A program made the position numbers and the translations under genes. Under the pieces are notes generated by a model that was not told the DNA's origin, searched no databases, and saw only the letters and a list, made by a program, of their open reading frames with translations. Below, piece by piece: positions 13,101 to 28,100 of a DNA stretch of 63,764 nucleotides. Positions within the stretch are counted from its first letter, which is position 1; every line of letters begins with the position of its first letter. The stretch is from Negaprion brevirostris. Lineage: Eukaryota. The stretch lies in assembly GCA_030324005.1 (NCBI GenBank), contig JARDVH010000193.1:43881328-43945091 (forward strand), read 5' to 3'.

Positions 13101-16100
13101 ATTCTGAAAGAATGGGACTGTCACAAGATTTTAAACACTCACTTATGACACATTTATAATAACAAAACTGCCTCAATTTGTAAATGGGTGCTTTTCTGAT
13201 CAAAAATGATTTGGGGTGGCATGGTGGCACAGTAGTTAGCACTGCTGCCTCTCAGCACCAAGGACTTGGGTTTAATTCCAGCCTCGGGTCACTGTCTGTG
13301 TGGAGTCTACACGTTCTTCCCTTTTCTTCATGGATTTCCTTCAGGTGCTCCACTTTCCTCCCACAGCCCAAAGATGTGCGGGTTAGATGGATTAGCCATG
13401 CTAAATTGACTCTAATGTCAGGGGAGTAGCAGGGTAAACACATTATGGGAATAGGGCCTGGGTGGGATTGTTGTCAGTACAGGCTCAATGGGCCAAATAG
13501 CCTTGTCCTGTACTGTAGGGATTCTAAGATACCTTTTGACACAGTAAGTAGTTTTCTGTAGCATGTGTGATCTTAAGGATGGATGGTTTTCTCTGTAAAG
13601 ATTGGTTTGTGTTGATTTCACCAGATGTGAATGGTAACAGCTAAAAAAAATGAGCAGTATATCTCGGGAAACATGCCTAGGTTTTTCCCCACTATTTCTC
13701 ATGGTTTCCCCTCTGTAGGAAAGAACAGCAGCAATTTTGATTTCCAATTATTAGCCAAGTTACCGAATCAATAAATCCCATCACCCACCCTTGCTCCTGT
13801 AACTTGCTGACAGTTTGTAAATAATGTGAACTACCAATGCTGATCAGTTGGAGTCCAAGTGAAGGTCAGTTTAAAAAAAACTGGACGTCAATTTGTTTAA
13901 GTTTGAGTACTTAGTTAACCACTTGTCAGACCTTGAAAATGCCTGTGTCTCGAAAGCAATGCCTTTTTGAACATTCACCTGTTGGTTAGCTTGCTATAAC
14001 ACATCATTCAGGGTATGAATTATGGCTGTTTCATAAAAGCTGTACTTCCAAATATTTTTACTCTGCTCCCTTCTTACATAAAAGAGACTGTCTGTCTATA
14101 AACAGTCCTTGTATTTTTGAAGTCATTCACTTCTATATAATCAGTAGTTACAGAAATGCAAAAGGTTGACTCATGANNNNNNNNNNNNNNNNNNNNNNNN
14201 NNNNNNNNNNNNNNNNNNNNNNNNNNNNNNNNNNNNNNNNNNNNNNNNNNNNNNNNNNNNNNNNNNNNNNNNNNNNAAATCTGTTAAACTTCGGGATTTA
14301 TTCTGTGAGTACTTACTGTGATCCTGCTCGTTCAAATATAAATTTGTGGTGTTCAAATAAAATGACAGCTATTTTATAGGATATTCAATATGATTGCTGC
14401 AGGGGAAACTAATGTGTCCTACAACATTAGATCAAAGGAATTTTGCATGCTAGGTAGCACAGGTTGAACTTTTCAAACCAGTTTTGTTCCATTCCTGCTC
14501 TGTCTAAAAACAACTGGAGTATATTCTAGTGAAATGAAACTTTCTAATTGATTGAAGAAAAATCTGCTAAGAGGTTTTTTATTTATTTGTTTTACTGCCG
14601 TTTTTAAAGTTAAGTTTGGGTGCATTAAGGATTCCATAGTTCTGTATTCTTAATGAAATCATTTTAAATGAGTTGTCATATGCTTGCTTCACCAAAAACT
14701 GGCCTTTTCAGTTGGATCATCATTGTGGTTGCCTTTAGGCATTTGCTCTATTGAAAGTATCATTCTAACAAATACTCAAAGTTAATTTGAGGTCTTCTGG
14801 ATACGATTTTGTATTTATTACAGACTTGTGCCAATTATATAATACAACATAGGTGAATCCTGATATAGCTAGGGAAGCTACTTTCCAAATGAATGTTGAT
14901 CAGTTTGTAATCAGTGATATTCCTCAACATGACTTTATATGATGCTCTGTTTTATTCAACATCCAGAATTAAGTTCATTTTTCATTGAAATTGAGAAGGT
15001 AAAGAATTTGTACAGTAGTGACTTACCCTGAGGTTTGTCACTGAGCAATTAGAGATTGATCGATAATCACTGAGGTTCTTGTGACAGGATGGAAATTGGC
15101 AGGATGTTTCTGATTGAACATTTTAGCCCCTTTCTGTAATGTGTAATGCATAGGGATACTTGGGGATGTAGACTGAATTGCATTCTGATCCGAGCTGCCA
15201 GATATAAATCTGTACTTTAGGTATTCATTAGATTTACAGTGTAACCCAGTACAAGGTCCTTGAAAATATATTGTAATCGTAACAACTATCTGAACTGTGT
15301 GCACGTTTTGTATTGCATCACTTGCAAGAACTCTATTTACAGAAATACAGGCAGGAGCTCTAACTCGAGTTCCTTGCTTCTTCTTGATTCCAATTATTTC
15401 CCCTAACTTGGCATCCTATCACTAGGATCAGGGCCAATCCAGCAACTTATGCAGGCGTGCCCATAAGTCACAGTTCAGCTAATAGGGGATAGGCATATTG
15501 GGAATACCTTTAAGTACCAGATCATTTTGAACTGGATTCTCTGAAAACTTTAATGGAGTACAGACTTAGCACATTTCATAAGATATACAAATGCATTAGA
15601 TGGCAGACATTTATACATATGGTGGTGCAAAACTAATTATTGAGTCTTATTTCCTACTAACTGTAAAGTAATGGTTAATTACAAAAAAAACCAAAGACCA
15701 CTATGCTTTGGGGGAAAAAATGGAAAGTAAATAAAGTAATTTGGAATTCCAGTCTAAACACACTAATCCTTTAGCATTCCATACAAGTGACATTTTCTGG
15801 ATTAATGGGGTATTTGGAAACAAAATTAAATTTACAATGGACACCAAATGTCGGAGATTAGACATCTGGATGGACCAAGGCTAAATCAACAAGTAGTACT
15901 GCTAAATTTCTGACTGACTTGAGTTGAGATGACTTTTGTTTGCTTATAACATGAGGCACCCCATTTTGAAACATGCACTCACTGATACCTGTTACTGTAT
16001 TATTGAAATGATGTCTGCTGCATTTGTTCTGATGATTCTAAGGAAGTGTTGTTTGTCCTATTCTTACAGTGCATACTTGCAAGTTCATCAGCTGGAGCTT

Positions 16101-19100
16101 GACAACTTAACGGCTCAGCTCAAAGATATGAAAAGAAATTCCAGACTGGTAAGAAACGTTGCTTAAGTAACACTTGAAGTTGTGCAGAGATTAGTAGTTT
16201 TAATATGTGAGTCTGTAGAACCTGGTAATCTTCAGTTAAAGACTAAGCAGGATCTCTAATGGCATCCCAGTTCAGAAATTCTGACTACTTTCATTGTATT
16301 GTCCAATTTCAATAATTATACGGAAGAATGTGAATCTTAATGCAGCTTGTAGATCTTGGCAGTTTTAATCTTGTGTCACAGTAGATTCATGAAAGACTTG
16401 AATGATTATTTCAATGCAAATTCTTCAGCTATTCTGTAATTTCTCTGTTAATTTGAAGCTGGGGCGCAATAGGATGTGAGGAGATCAGCAATACAGGTGG
16501 ATTGGTTTCTTGGCTTTCAGTTCCAGCTGCTTGTATCCCATCGATTAAATTTCCATATTTTGCAAAATATAGATACTTGCAGTACATGACTACTTAACAC
16601 CAATTCTGTTTTGATTTTTAAAGATCAGGCAAACAAGATACAAACAAATTATGAAATTGAGATTTTCCTAAAATTCTCATGTTTGAATTACTGGAAGACG
16701 AAAATTGAGACTCTCTGAAGCATTTATTTCTGTTTTACTTGCATATTGAATTTTGCCTGTTTCTACTATTGGATGTTATATTAAGTTATACAATGTGCCT
16801 ATTGTAACTCTTGTTCCTTTTTGGTTTTCAGGGATTTCTGTATGACCTTGACAAGGTAAGAATTTTCAGTATTGCTTCACACTCAAACATGAGTTGACAT
16901 GGAGAACTGGATATTTTGGATTATTCTAAATAACTTTGATGATTTGATAAAGGCCAAGGTAGAAACTTGTGAAGTCTACTTACATTGTTCAAAAAATTGT
17001 ATGAATGACCAACACAGGCAGTTCTGCGATTTTGGGATTCTGCTATTTTCATTCTCCATCCCTTTGACGCAGTCACCAGATTGCACATAATTCATTTGTT
17101 ACCCTGGCTAAGGCCACCTATTGTGTGACTGGATAGAAATTCTCAACATCTGAAATCTCAAGTTAACTGGGAGAGCCTTGATAATTAAGTATAAACTACT
17201 GATAATTCAGTGAAGGAAACTGTCTAATTTTTTACTGTTGATAAACAGCTTTACCCCTTTTCCTGTGCCAAATGCTGATTTTTCTCACTGAGCTTTGCTA
17301 AATGCATAGTAAGTACTGGCATTAACTGACCCTGTTTGTCTTCTTTCCCCCACTCTTTTCAAGTAGACTTGCTATGGGAATATTCTCAGCCATCCCATCC
17401 AGCAGAAACCTGGAACTGGTTTCTAGAATTGTTGCAAATCTGTACCTCCCTGTGAAAAATTTCTTGTATTTGATGTTTTGGCTGTATCTCTGGTTCTGAC
17501 CACAGAGTGTACTGGAAAATATGAATAAATCATTAAATTGATTTAAGCATGAGAGCATCTCCAATTTGTTTAATGTGACTCCAATAAAGAGAACTTGCCA
17601 AGTGTATTTAACTTCCTTTTCTCTTTGTTTACTCCTCCTCCTGATAGCAAATTAAGTCAATTGAAAGGTTTATTCGCAGACTGGAATTTCATGTTAGTAA
17701 GGTAAGAAACTATATGATGGCACAATACCTAACAGTGACACTACTTTATTTCCTTTTAAAACGTATTTCGCAAAATCAAATCAATACTTGAAGATTTTTC
17801 TTTTGAGTAAAGCTTTACAATGATAACATGTTCTGGCTGGAGATTTCAGATAATTTACTAGGTTTTTTTCTTGTGATGCTGATATGACTAATAAACCATT
17901 CTATGTTCTTGTCTTCATCCCCAGATGTTGGCTATTGGAAAGGCATCCCAAATATTTATTGGACCCAAATCATTTTGTTGTGTTCTCACAATATACTCAT
18001 TTTGACTTGAAAGTTGTTATGGCGACTTACTGCATATCAAAGGATCTGATATGGGTACAGGCACCCATCTGAGTCGGGGTGCTCGCCATGACTCATGCAT
18101 TAATTGTCTATTTAATCTGAAGTTATAGATTGTATATTGTTGACGTGGCTGGGCCTAATTTTAACTTGTCACTTTGCTGTTATATTAGTATTTGCTGTGT
18201 ATGCTGATCTGCATGGTGGGTACATTCAAAGGAAAATTGCTCCTTCATCGTTCTGTTAATGTTTGTTATCTTCCCATAATTTGTCTACTGGTAGATCTGT
18301 AGTTAAGCAATCCAATAGTTACTATTGGAACAATTTAAACCTGTTGCATTATACTGTTTCTTGAATATAAAGATATCTGGTAGACATAATACTGCTTGTA
18401 TGGTGAACTAAGGTAAAGTTGCTATTGTCCCACATGACCATAGGCTGACTGGTAATTGTAACCTGAGGATTAGCACACCTGCGGCAAGGTTGAGAAGGCA
18501 GACCTTCATGAATAACAGTCAGTACAGATATTGAACCAGCACTTTTGGAGGTTCTACATTACAAAATAGCTGTCCAGCTGACTGAGCTAACCGACCCTCT
18601 GTATAATATTTACAATCAAATCAAGAGGTGGTTTTCTTTGCTGCAGCAGAATCAGTGAATGGCTATGAAGTATGCAGTAGAAAAGTTGTGTTTGTTGTCT
18701 GTCATTAATGGGATATGTTGTGGGATATCATCGGGCAGCCACTGATTATAAATTAGTTACAATGCCACCTATATTTCTATCTACTATCTTATGAAAAATA
18801 AAGGAACAGTCTAATCCCTGGGTTGGAGGATTTGTCTTATGAAGAGAGATTGAAGGAATTTGGTCTGTATTCACTAGAGTTTTTTAAAATGAGAGGCTAT
18901 CTCATTGAAACTCCTAAAAATTTCTAGAGGGCGTGACAAGGTAGATTTGGTTAGGCTGTTCACCTGGCTGGTCAGTCTGGAACTGGGGACACAGTCTCAG
19001 AAAAACAGGCAGGCCATTTTAGACTGAGAAGAGAAATTTCTTCATTCAGAGGATGTAAATCTTGAATTCACTAGCCCAAAGGGCTGTGGAAGCTCAATTT

Positions 19101-22100
19101 ATTGAGCGTGTTCAAGCTAGAAATCAATAGGTGGTGTTGAGGTCAATAATCCGTCATGATCTGTCTGAATAGTGGGGCAGGCTTACAGGCCGTATGGCCT
19201 ATGCCTGCTGCTAGGTTCTGTTGTTCCTATTTACGTTAGTGGACTTGTTTCCCACGTTTCTTTTGATTTAAATGATTGTAAGAATTTCTGTTCTCTGGGA
19301 GTTGTTTCATGCAGTTGTATGCTTTCTATTCTGTTGTGTCCTCAAACCACTTGCGATCTTTCAGGGGTATGAGTGTTTTGGTCACTTATTTCATTCAACT
19401 TATTGTTTTGCCTCTGATAACTTCTTCACCATCTTCTTTCTTTGTCTCCACTCATTTTGATGGTGTGAGCTTGAATCGCATCGCTGCAGACATGTTGGCT
19501 GGAATTTTACTATCTCACACGTCTTGGGAATCGAAGTGGGTGCGGGGCGGACCGTGGAAAGGTTCATTGACTCGGGTAGGATTTTATGGTTTCAGGACAA
19601 CCAAGGCCATAAAATCCCCACGCGATATGTCATCTGGTGTCCAAGTTTGAAAGAATCACAATTTTACACACATACCATGCAGACTGTTCCTTTAAAATGT
19701 GTTTCACAGATGCAGCACGTACTGCTGACTGATGCAGTCTTACTTGGTACCTCACTGATGTAACAGTTAATGTGGCACCCTGGATAAACATACACATAAC
19801 AAAAACTTCCCCCTCTCCTCCAAACTCACCTGTGTGTTCTCTCGCCAGCCCATATGCTCTTTGGTTTGCTCACTGTAAAGTTTCTTGTTCCAGTGAGACA
19901 TTCCTAGTCAGCAGCATATGTGGACTAATTGCATCATCCTGCTGACTTAACACTGGTAACTGTTAATAATTGCCAGCAACTTGATGGAATCCCAATTAAA
20001 AATGAGACAACATAGAGATGGATGTTGTCATTTTGCTAGAATTTATGTTTGTAATGCACAATGAGTTAATCATTTCCTTTTGTTCATCCTGCCCCCTTGG
20101 TTTGGGAATAATGAAAATTCTGCTAAATATTTCCATTCCTTATGATCTAATTAGTTTCAGCTGGTTCTTTGGACCTACTCCAGCTTTCACCAGTGAATTT
20201 GCTCAGACAGTTCAGTTATAGTGGCAGCTTCCTGAAGGGACGGGCAGGGAGATGGAGGTAGAGTGAGAGAATGTGAATCTGACACTCCAATCACTGCTAG
20301 TCTATTGCTACATCTAATTGACCTTTGCAGTGGATAGCCACAGGTTTTACAGCTTGCAGCTGGAGGTCAAAACTGTTCCATATCAAGAACCCAGTTAACA
20401 TCTGCCAAATGTGTTCTCTCATAATGGGAGCCTGACAGTTGTAATTATTTAACATTTGGGACAATGTTTGAGTTACATTTTTGATCATCAGTTTTGATCT
20501 GAACAGTATTTTATTTGGCTGTTTCATAGAATCATAGAAACCCTACAGTGTAGAAGGAGGCCATTCAACCCAATAAGTCCGCACCGACAGGAATCCTATT
20601 TAGACCCTATTCCCATAACCTGACATATTCACCCTGCTAATCACTCTAACCTATGCATCCTGGGACACTAAGGGGCATCTTTCGGATGTAGGAGGAAACT
20701 GGACCACCCAGAAGAAACCTAACCAGACATGGAGAATCTGCAAACTCCACACAGACAAGTGACCCAAGTCGGGAATCGAACCCAGGTCCCTGGAGCTGAG
20801 GCAGCAGTGCTAACCACTGTGCTACTATGCTGCCATTTCTTTGATATGATGAGTCCAGCAGATTTGCCTCCCTCCTGTGTGCAGTTTGTAAGCAGTTTGA
20901 GGAAATTCTCTGTTGGCATTTCAGAAAATTTGCACCCAGAGTCAATGCAGCCTTCAGTGACTTGAACAGAAGTCTTCTGATGCAGTCTGGTTATCTCCTG
21001 CAGAAGCTCAATGGCCATTACTCATTCACCTCACAATGATTGTTGACAAGACTGACCATGGAGCACAGCTAAGCTGAACTGTATTCCCAGAAGCACTTTA
21101 AAGTAAGGGTTAATATCTAGTGACCAACAGTAATACATGAAGTCTCTTTTTCTTCTCCTTTCCCAACCTAGGATTGTTCTTTTCAATTGCAGTGATCTTA
21201 TTAGTATTTTAATATAAGGCAAGGCTCTTGAACATTGAAGAATATTGACAGCATCTTAAGAGTTCGCTTATCAATTTTTTTCCCCATAAAATTGCCAGTT
21301 GCTTCTGATGTTACCAATGAAAATCCATTTCCCTCCAGTTTGGAAGAGTGGGCATGCTGTTTATTGCTGTTACACCCTTGAAATGTCAGAGTAAGACTTC
21401 ACCAAATAGTGATAGTTTTAATATCTGAGTGAATTAGCATTAATATTCCAGTTGCTTAATGAATCATAGAGTTTAGTGCACATTTGGTACACCACATCTG
21501 CTAGCTCTTCAGTTGGTGCTCCTATTCCCTGTACCCTTTACTGTCAAATACTTAGGATGCTATTTTGCCATTTTTATTCTAAGTGTTGGGCAGACTTGAA
21601 ACTGGGAGTGTTTCACATCCATTTTCTGGGTGTGTTTTCAGGTCCCCCCATGCACACTCTGCCTGCAAAAATATCAGCAAGCCTGAGGCAGTGTGCAAGT
21701 GCAGGACTCTGATGCTGCACAAACACATTAGCAGTTGCAGGGTTTGACAGAAAAGAGAGAACTGTCAGGCCTTGCTACCGCAGGCTGCCTGAAGCATCTT
21801 GCCCCCACCCCCACAATTGCGGGGGCCCACGACCCAAGATATAGCCCCCGCTGCTGCCCAGACCATTTGCAGACCTGCCATCTTTACCCCACTCATTGCT
21901 GCAGTGCGGCAGCAGCCTCATCCCCCAAACAATCGCTGTAAACCCGCCTCATCCCATTGGCCCTACCCCATTGGCTCTGCCTCCACTGACTGTACCCAGT
22001 GGACATTGGCCAGGTGGCAGGGTGGCAATACCAGTCTGGCACTGCCTAAGGGGCACCCTTCCCTTGCCCTCAGCCTCCCTGGGGGGGTGCCTCAATGGCC

Positions 22101-25100
22101 TCTGGTTCCACCGGTGTGGCCAAGTCGACGTCTCCTCATTCATGGGGATCATGTCTACTCCCCGCTAGTGCACATCTTTGCCCGCAAGGTCATAAGGTGG
22201 GTGGGGCTGGATGATTGAGGACTGGGCTTGCTAAGCAGATGCAAAGTATTTCCATAATACAGTTCCATAAATTAGCCTACTTCCTGCCCATTTCCAGTGT
22301 GAGGTTGACCGCGTCGGAAATGCTGCGCTTGTAAAACGACGCCAGTTGTGAAAACCAGTGGCAATCACGCTTAAGTACTTTATGCCTGAAATTACCACAG
22401 CGTTACACCCAAAAAACAGGCACAAAGTGGTGATAAAATCACCCCCTTAGTCTCTGTTATGTTTCGGCTGTTATGGCATCATCAAGAGACTTCAGATTTT
22501 GCTAGGAACAAAGGTTTTACTGATGAGATAATTAGTAAAGGAGATTTATTCAGCACAATGGCTGCCCTGGGGCAGAGCCAGTTCTACATTCTTACAATGT
22601 AGTTCCAGAAGTCAAATGCTTGAGAGAGGACACTCTGTTCAGTGTAATATCTCTTGCTCAGTTCCTATTGGTCCCTCAAGTCAGGTGACTAACTTCCACT
22701 GTCCTGCCTTAAAATGATGTGGAGATGCCGTAATAATCACAAACAGCATATAAAGGCGCACACAGTTTACAGAATACTGATTAGAATGCGCGTCTTTATA
22801 ACTAATCAAGTCTTAAAGGTGCAGACAATGTGAGTGGAGGTAGCATTAAGCATAGGTTAAAGAGATGTGTATTGTCTCAAGACAGGACAGTAAGTGAGAT
22901 GTTGCAAGCCCAGGCAAGTCATGGGGGTTACAGATAGTGCGACATGAGCCCAAAATCCCGGCTGAGGCCGTCCTCATGTGTGCGGAACTTAGCATTCAGT
23001 CTCTGCTCAGCGACTCTGAGCAGATTCTGCTCCACAACATGACTAGTCAGCAATGTCCACATCCCACGAAAATTAATGTTATCCCCGTTCCCCGTGTAGA
23101 CACGTTACAATTCATTCTGCTTACTCCCTCTCTCTCTTGTGTTCGTTTCTCTTTCCCTCCATTTTGTTCTGTATCTTTAAGATGTTATACATTTCCATGT
23201 CCGCAGTTCCGACGAACAGTCCACCTCTGAAACTCAATCTCGCTTTATCCCTCAGTAGATGGCGCCTGTCCTGCTGAGGACCCCCAGCAATTCCTGCTCT
23301 TGTATCTTGTAATGTCAACAAAGAACTTGAAGAATATCGGAAAATAAACCATTGCTTAAATTTGCAAATATTCTAACCGCGTTTCCAAAACAAAAAAAAA
23401 CCTGCCTGGGACTGGACTGGAGTTATACTTCATTCTCTGTGAAGCCCAAATTATGTGGTAAGAAAATGTCCTAAAGTCCTCAGGCCCTTGACCCTTGGAA
23501 CAGACTGATTTGCAGGAAATGACAGTATAAACGATGCCTAATGAAGGTAAACAACAGACTTGATAGGGATTTCAACTCAGTGTTTAAAGAGGAAATATCT
23601 GGCCCAATTATTTCCACTACACTGGAACTCTCCCCGCCGTTTCTCTTCTCACTGAAAGTTGGTCGGAAGCTCGTTCTCTTTACTGTGGATATTAGAAAGC
23701 TGTAGTTCCCATATTTCGGTCACAGGGATACATTCAGTACTGGCTAAGCCTAAGAGAGTCAGGAGTCTGTGCCTCCTCTCAGCTTACGTCTGTAGGAGGA
23801 TATAGAACCATAGAATCCCCTCATTGCAGAAAGAGGCCATTCAGCCCATCGAACCTGCACCGACAACAATCCCATCCAGGCCTTAGCCCACTGACCNNNN
23901 NNNNNNNNNNNNNNNNNNNNNNNNNNNNNNNNNNNNNNNNNNNNNNNNNNNNNNNNNNNNNNNNNNNNNNNNNNNNNNNNNNNNNNNNNNNNNNNNTCTC
24001 CACTCACATTGTCTGCACCTTTAAGACTTGATTAGCTGTAAAGACTTGCATTCTAATCAGTATTCTGTAAACTAAGTGTGTCTTTATGTACTCTGTTTGT
24101 GATCAGAACTCCCATTCACATGACAAAGGGGCAAACCCCAAAAGCTAGTGGTGTTTATTACCAAATAAAACTGTTGGACTTTAACCTGGTGTTGTGAGAC
24201 TTCTTACTGTCTTAAAATGACAGATAGCACATGCACAATGGAGTCTTCCTGTCATTTGTGGGATCCATTAGCAGATCTTTGAGAAGAGGAAATGTCTTCC
24301 AGTCATAATCCTGAGTTTTTCTTAGTATTTTCCCTCTCCAAATCTCTGTTTTGTAAATCAACATTGGCCTTCCCCAACATTTCCACAGCAAAGGGGTCAC
24401 AAATGCCCCAAGTTCTTCAAGCCTGTCTTTCCAGCTGCAACTTCTGCTTTGTGGAACATTTAGTGCAGTATTGCTCTTGACGTGGTTTTACATATGGTCG
24501 GTAGCTCTTATAAATGTAAAAGCTGTTTCATTCACCGTGTAAACTGTTTCTACAGTGCTTTAAAATGTGCTACAGATGTGCTTTAAAACAAGTGTGTATA
24601 CAAACTTTGTGTATGTGCCATTTTAAAATAGCAGTCAACGATCATTTCCTGGGGACTAATGGCCTCCTCAGTGGCTGAGGAAGCTGTGTAAAAACCTGCA
24701 ATGATAAAGCTGTTTTGATGGTAATCTGCACAGTGCTTCTTTTCATGGTCCATGCTGCTTCTGAATATAAGTCAAAGTAGTAAAATCTGTGCATGGTAAA
24801 ATTATATTGTTTATATGCCAATTTACAAACAGTTGGTGCAATGTTTTGCTCCATAGCACTGTATTTACTGCTAGCAGGAAGTACTTAGAGGGTTTATGGC
24901 TCATTTACGCAATTGGCTACGACACTGATGTGTCCACCCTGAATTATTGAATATGCTGCCAAGTCGAGACCACACACCAGAAAAAAAAATTGATTTGTAT
25001 GAGGGCCACAACACACACTTGAAATCTTCTCCTCCCAAAAAATGCAGCTATGTGTACTTACAGGTGATTTATTCTTAATCCAAGATATTTTGTAATTATA

Positions 25101-28100
25101 GCATTATAGGTGGCATATATAGTAAAACCTTGCTTGTTTCCAGCAGCTCTAGAATCTGTTCAGTGAATCTGCTTCTTTTTGTTCTAACTTCAGGGACACA
25201 TTTGGTGCATCACTGTTTAAAATACATTGTGAGCAAATTCCAGAGACCAGACGTCCACTGGTCTTCCTAATTAACAACTGCACTGACTTTGTCTTTTATG
25301 CCTTGCTGAGTTTTTTGTATCAGAAACTTCATGGATAAACAAGGAACCAATCTCAATAAGGTGGTTTACTGGGTCATATTGTCTGTTTTTCAAAAAAAAT
25401 TGTTCCTTGCACTATTCAGTTATTTGAGTTGTAATTGGCCACTGAGCTGAGATATTGGGAAGTTGAGTGTGGTCAAATAAGTGAAACGTGTTTATCTTGA
25501 ACCTTGGCACGCTTAGCCCCTGGATGAAGTATGTTCAAGTGATATGTGTCAAGTGTGTATTGTTCCAGACTGATCGATACTGCTGCTGAGCCAGCTCATT
25601 AATTGTTTATATGTTAATTGCATATAATAAACATTCAGGTTTGACTCCTGTGGTCTTTTATCCAAGGGCCTTGGGCTCAGCTCTGTCTCAGATGCAGTTG
25701 GTGTCACATGATTTTCAGCACTTGTGGATGGCTGAGGGGTGCACAGGTTATTGCTAAGTTATATTTATGTGATTGAGTTGGGCTGAAAGCATAGTAATTA
25801 TAGACTTACTTGTGCTACAGAAGCACAACTGCTGATTTCAAACTGTCAATTCATTCCTGCCTTTTATTGCTTGTTACTTTAAGTTTAGTTTGGACACTCG
25901 TTATGAACCCAACCTGGAGGTGGAGAGAGGATGCCTCCATTTTGAAGTATCCTTTCCCTACCTACCTGCTATGGCATTCCCGATTCTATGATGTGGAGAT
26001 GCCGGCATTGGACTGGGGGTAAACACAGTAAGAAGTCTCACAACACCAGGCTGAAGTCCAACAGGTTTATTTGATAGCTCAAACCTTATCTTTTGGAGCA
26101 CTGCCCCTTAATCAGGGAAGTGGGANNNNNNNNNNNNNNNNNNNNNNNNNNNNNNNNNNNNNNNNNNNNNNNNNNNNNNNNNNNNNNNNNNNNNNNNNNN
26201 NNNNNNNNNNNNNNNNNNNNNNNNNNNGAAGGTCTCTGGCCCTCCACCTTCAAGCTCCAGCCCACCTTCCATATTACACAATGAGCCTGCCTTCTGGCCA
26301 TTAATTGGCTGTTCTGGGGAAAATCACATTGTTCTCCTCAGAGTGTGGGCTTTTAACATCCATTTGAGCCTGATAGTAAGGTTCAGAAGCCTGTAGGCAT
26401 AAACCTGCCTAAGATTTTACTTCATTACAAACCTTGAAAGTGATTTCTTTTAACCTCTCAAATCTCCCTTTTAAAGAAGGTTCTCTTGCCCTCTTCTAAA
26501 TTTCTTACATCATCTCATATCTATGGCTCCTTTTCCTTTTCCCTTAACTACTGGAAGCAGTTGGCTTTTATCTACCCATTCCCAACTTTATCTAATTTAA
26601 GAACTTCAGTTATAATGTCCTGTAATGTCTATTATCTAATGATTATTTTTCGTTTTTAGTATTTGTATTTACTCACAGGCAATGTGCAATCAGTGAATCT
26701 GTCTTGTATCTTTCTAAAGTGTTAATATCCTGGCTATGGGTGCAAACCCAATCTTGTATTAATGCAACCTCATTAATCTTTATATAAACTTATTATTAAT
26801 TCTTTTTTATATTCCATACTTTGAGATAAAGCCCAATTTTGCCTTATGGACCGGAAGCACTGTTTTTAATCTCCTTTGAATCTCCTGTCTCCATGAAGTC
26901 CTTTTGATTTTCCACAGCACCAATCCCATTTATCCAGTTTACTGCAAGTACTTTTTTATACCAAAAATGCACCATCTCACTTTTTTTTGGAAACTAAATT
27001 TAATCTACTAAAGCCAATCTGCACCGTTTTATCAATATGCCTAATCAATATAAACCAAACTTTTGAAGAATTAACAGAATGGTTTAGTTGCCATCGGAGT
27101 AAGAAATTTCACCAAAAACAACTTCCATCTAAATAGTGCCCCAAGTTCATGAAACGTAAAGGCAGGGATGTTCCCACTTTAAATGTCTTAGTCTCACTTG
27201 TATGTTCTCTGGCCACCTTCTTTATCCCCCTTCTTGACCACTGTCTGAGACTAAACCAAAGTCTTGGTGCCTTGTTTGACCTTGTGATTTGCACCACATA
27301 TTTGCTTTATCCTCAGGCCAGCTGCTTCCACTTCTCTTCATTTGTTGTTAAAAACTTCACCATGGCTTTCTAACCACTAGACTATATTCTGCTGTCCAGG
27401 TAAGCTTTCCATCTTCCATGCTTCATAAATGTAAGCTCATCCAAATTCTGCTGCTTGTAGGCTAACTCAAACCAAATTCCTTTTGCCCATCATTCTTGTA
27501 CTTGCTGACCTACCTTGGGTTCCAATTCAGCAGTGGCTCAACTTCAAAATTTTCAATCCTGTTTTCAAGTCCTTTCACAGCCTCACCCTTCCCTTTCTTT
27601 GTAACACTGAGTTCTTACAACTTTTAAGATACTAATAAATAAGATATAGGACACTGAAGAGTGTAGTAGAACAGAGGGGTATGGGAGTACAGATACATAA
27701 TTCCCTAAAAGTGGCGTCACAGGTAGATAGGGTCTAAAGAGTGCCTTTGGAACATTGGCCTTTATAAATCAATGTATTGAGTAGAAGAGTTGGAATGTTA
27801 TGGTGAGGTTGTATAAGACATTGGTGAGGCCAAATTTAGAGTATTGTGTGCAGTTTTGGTCNNNNNNNNNNNNNNNNNNNNNNNNNNNNNNNNNNNNNNN
27901 NNNNNNNNNNNNNNNNNNNNNNNNNNNNNNNNNNNNNNNNNNNNNNNNNNNNNNNNNNNNNNNNNNNNNNNNNNNNNNNNNNNNNNNNNNNNNNNNNNNN
28001 NNNNNNNNNNNNNNNNNNNNNNNNNNNNNNNNNNNNNNNNNNNNNNNNNNNNNNNNNNAGGACTCTGGTCCCAGCACGGTTCAGACCAACCCCATCCCAC

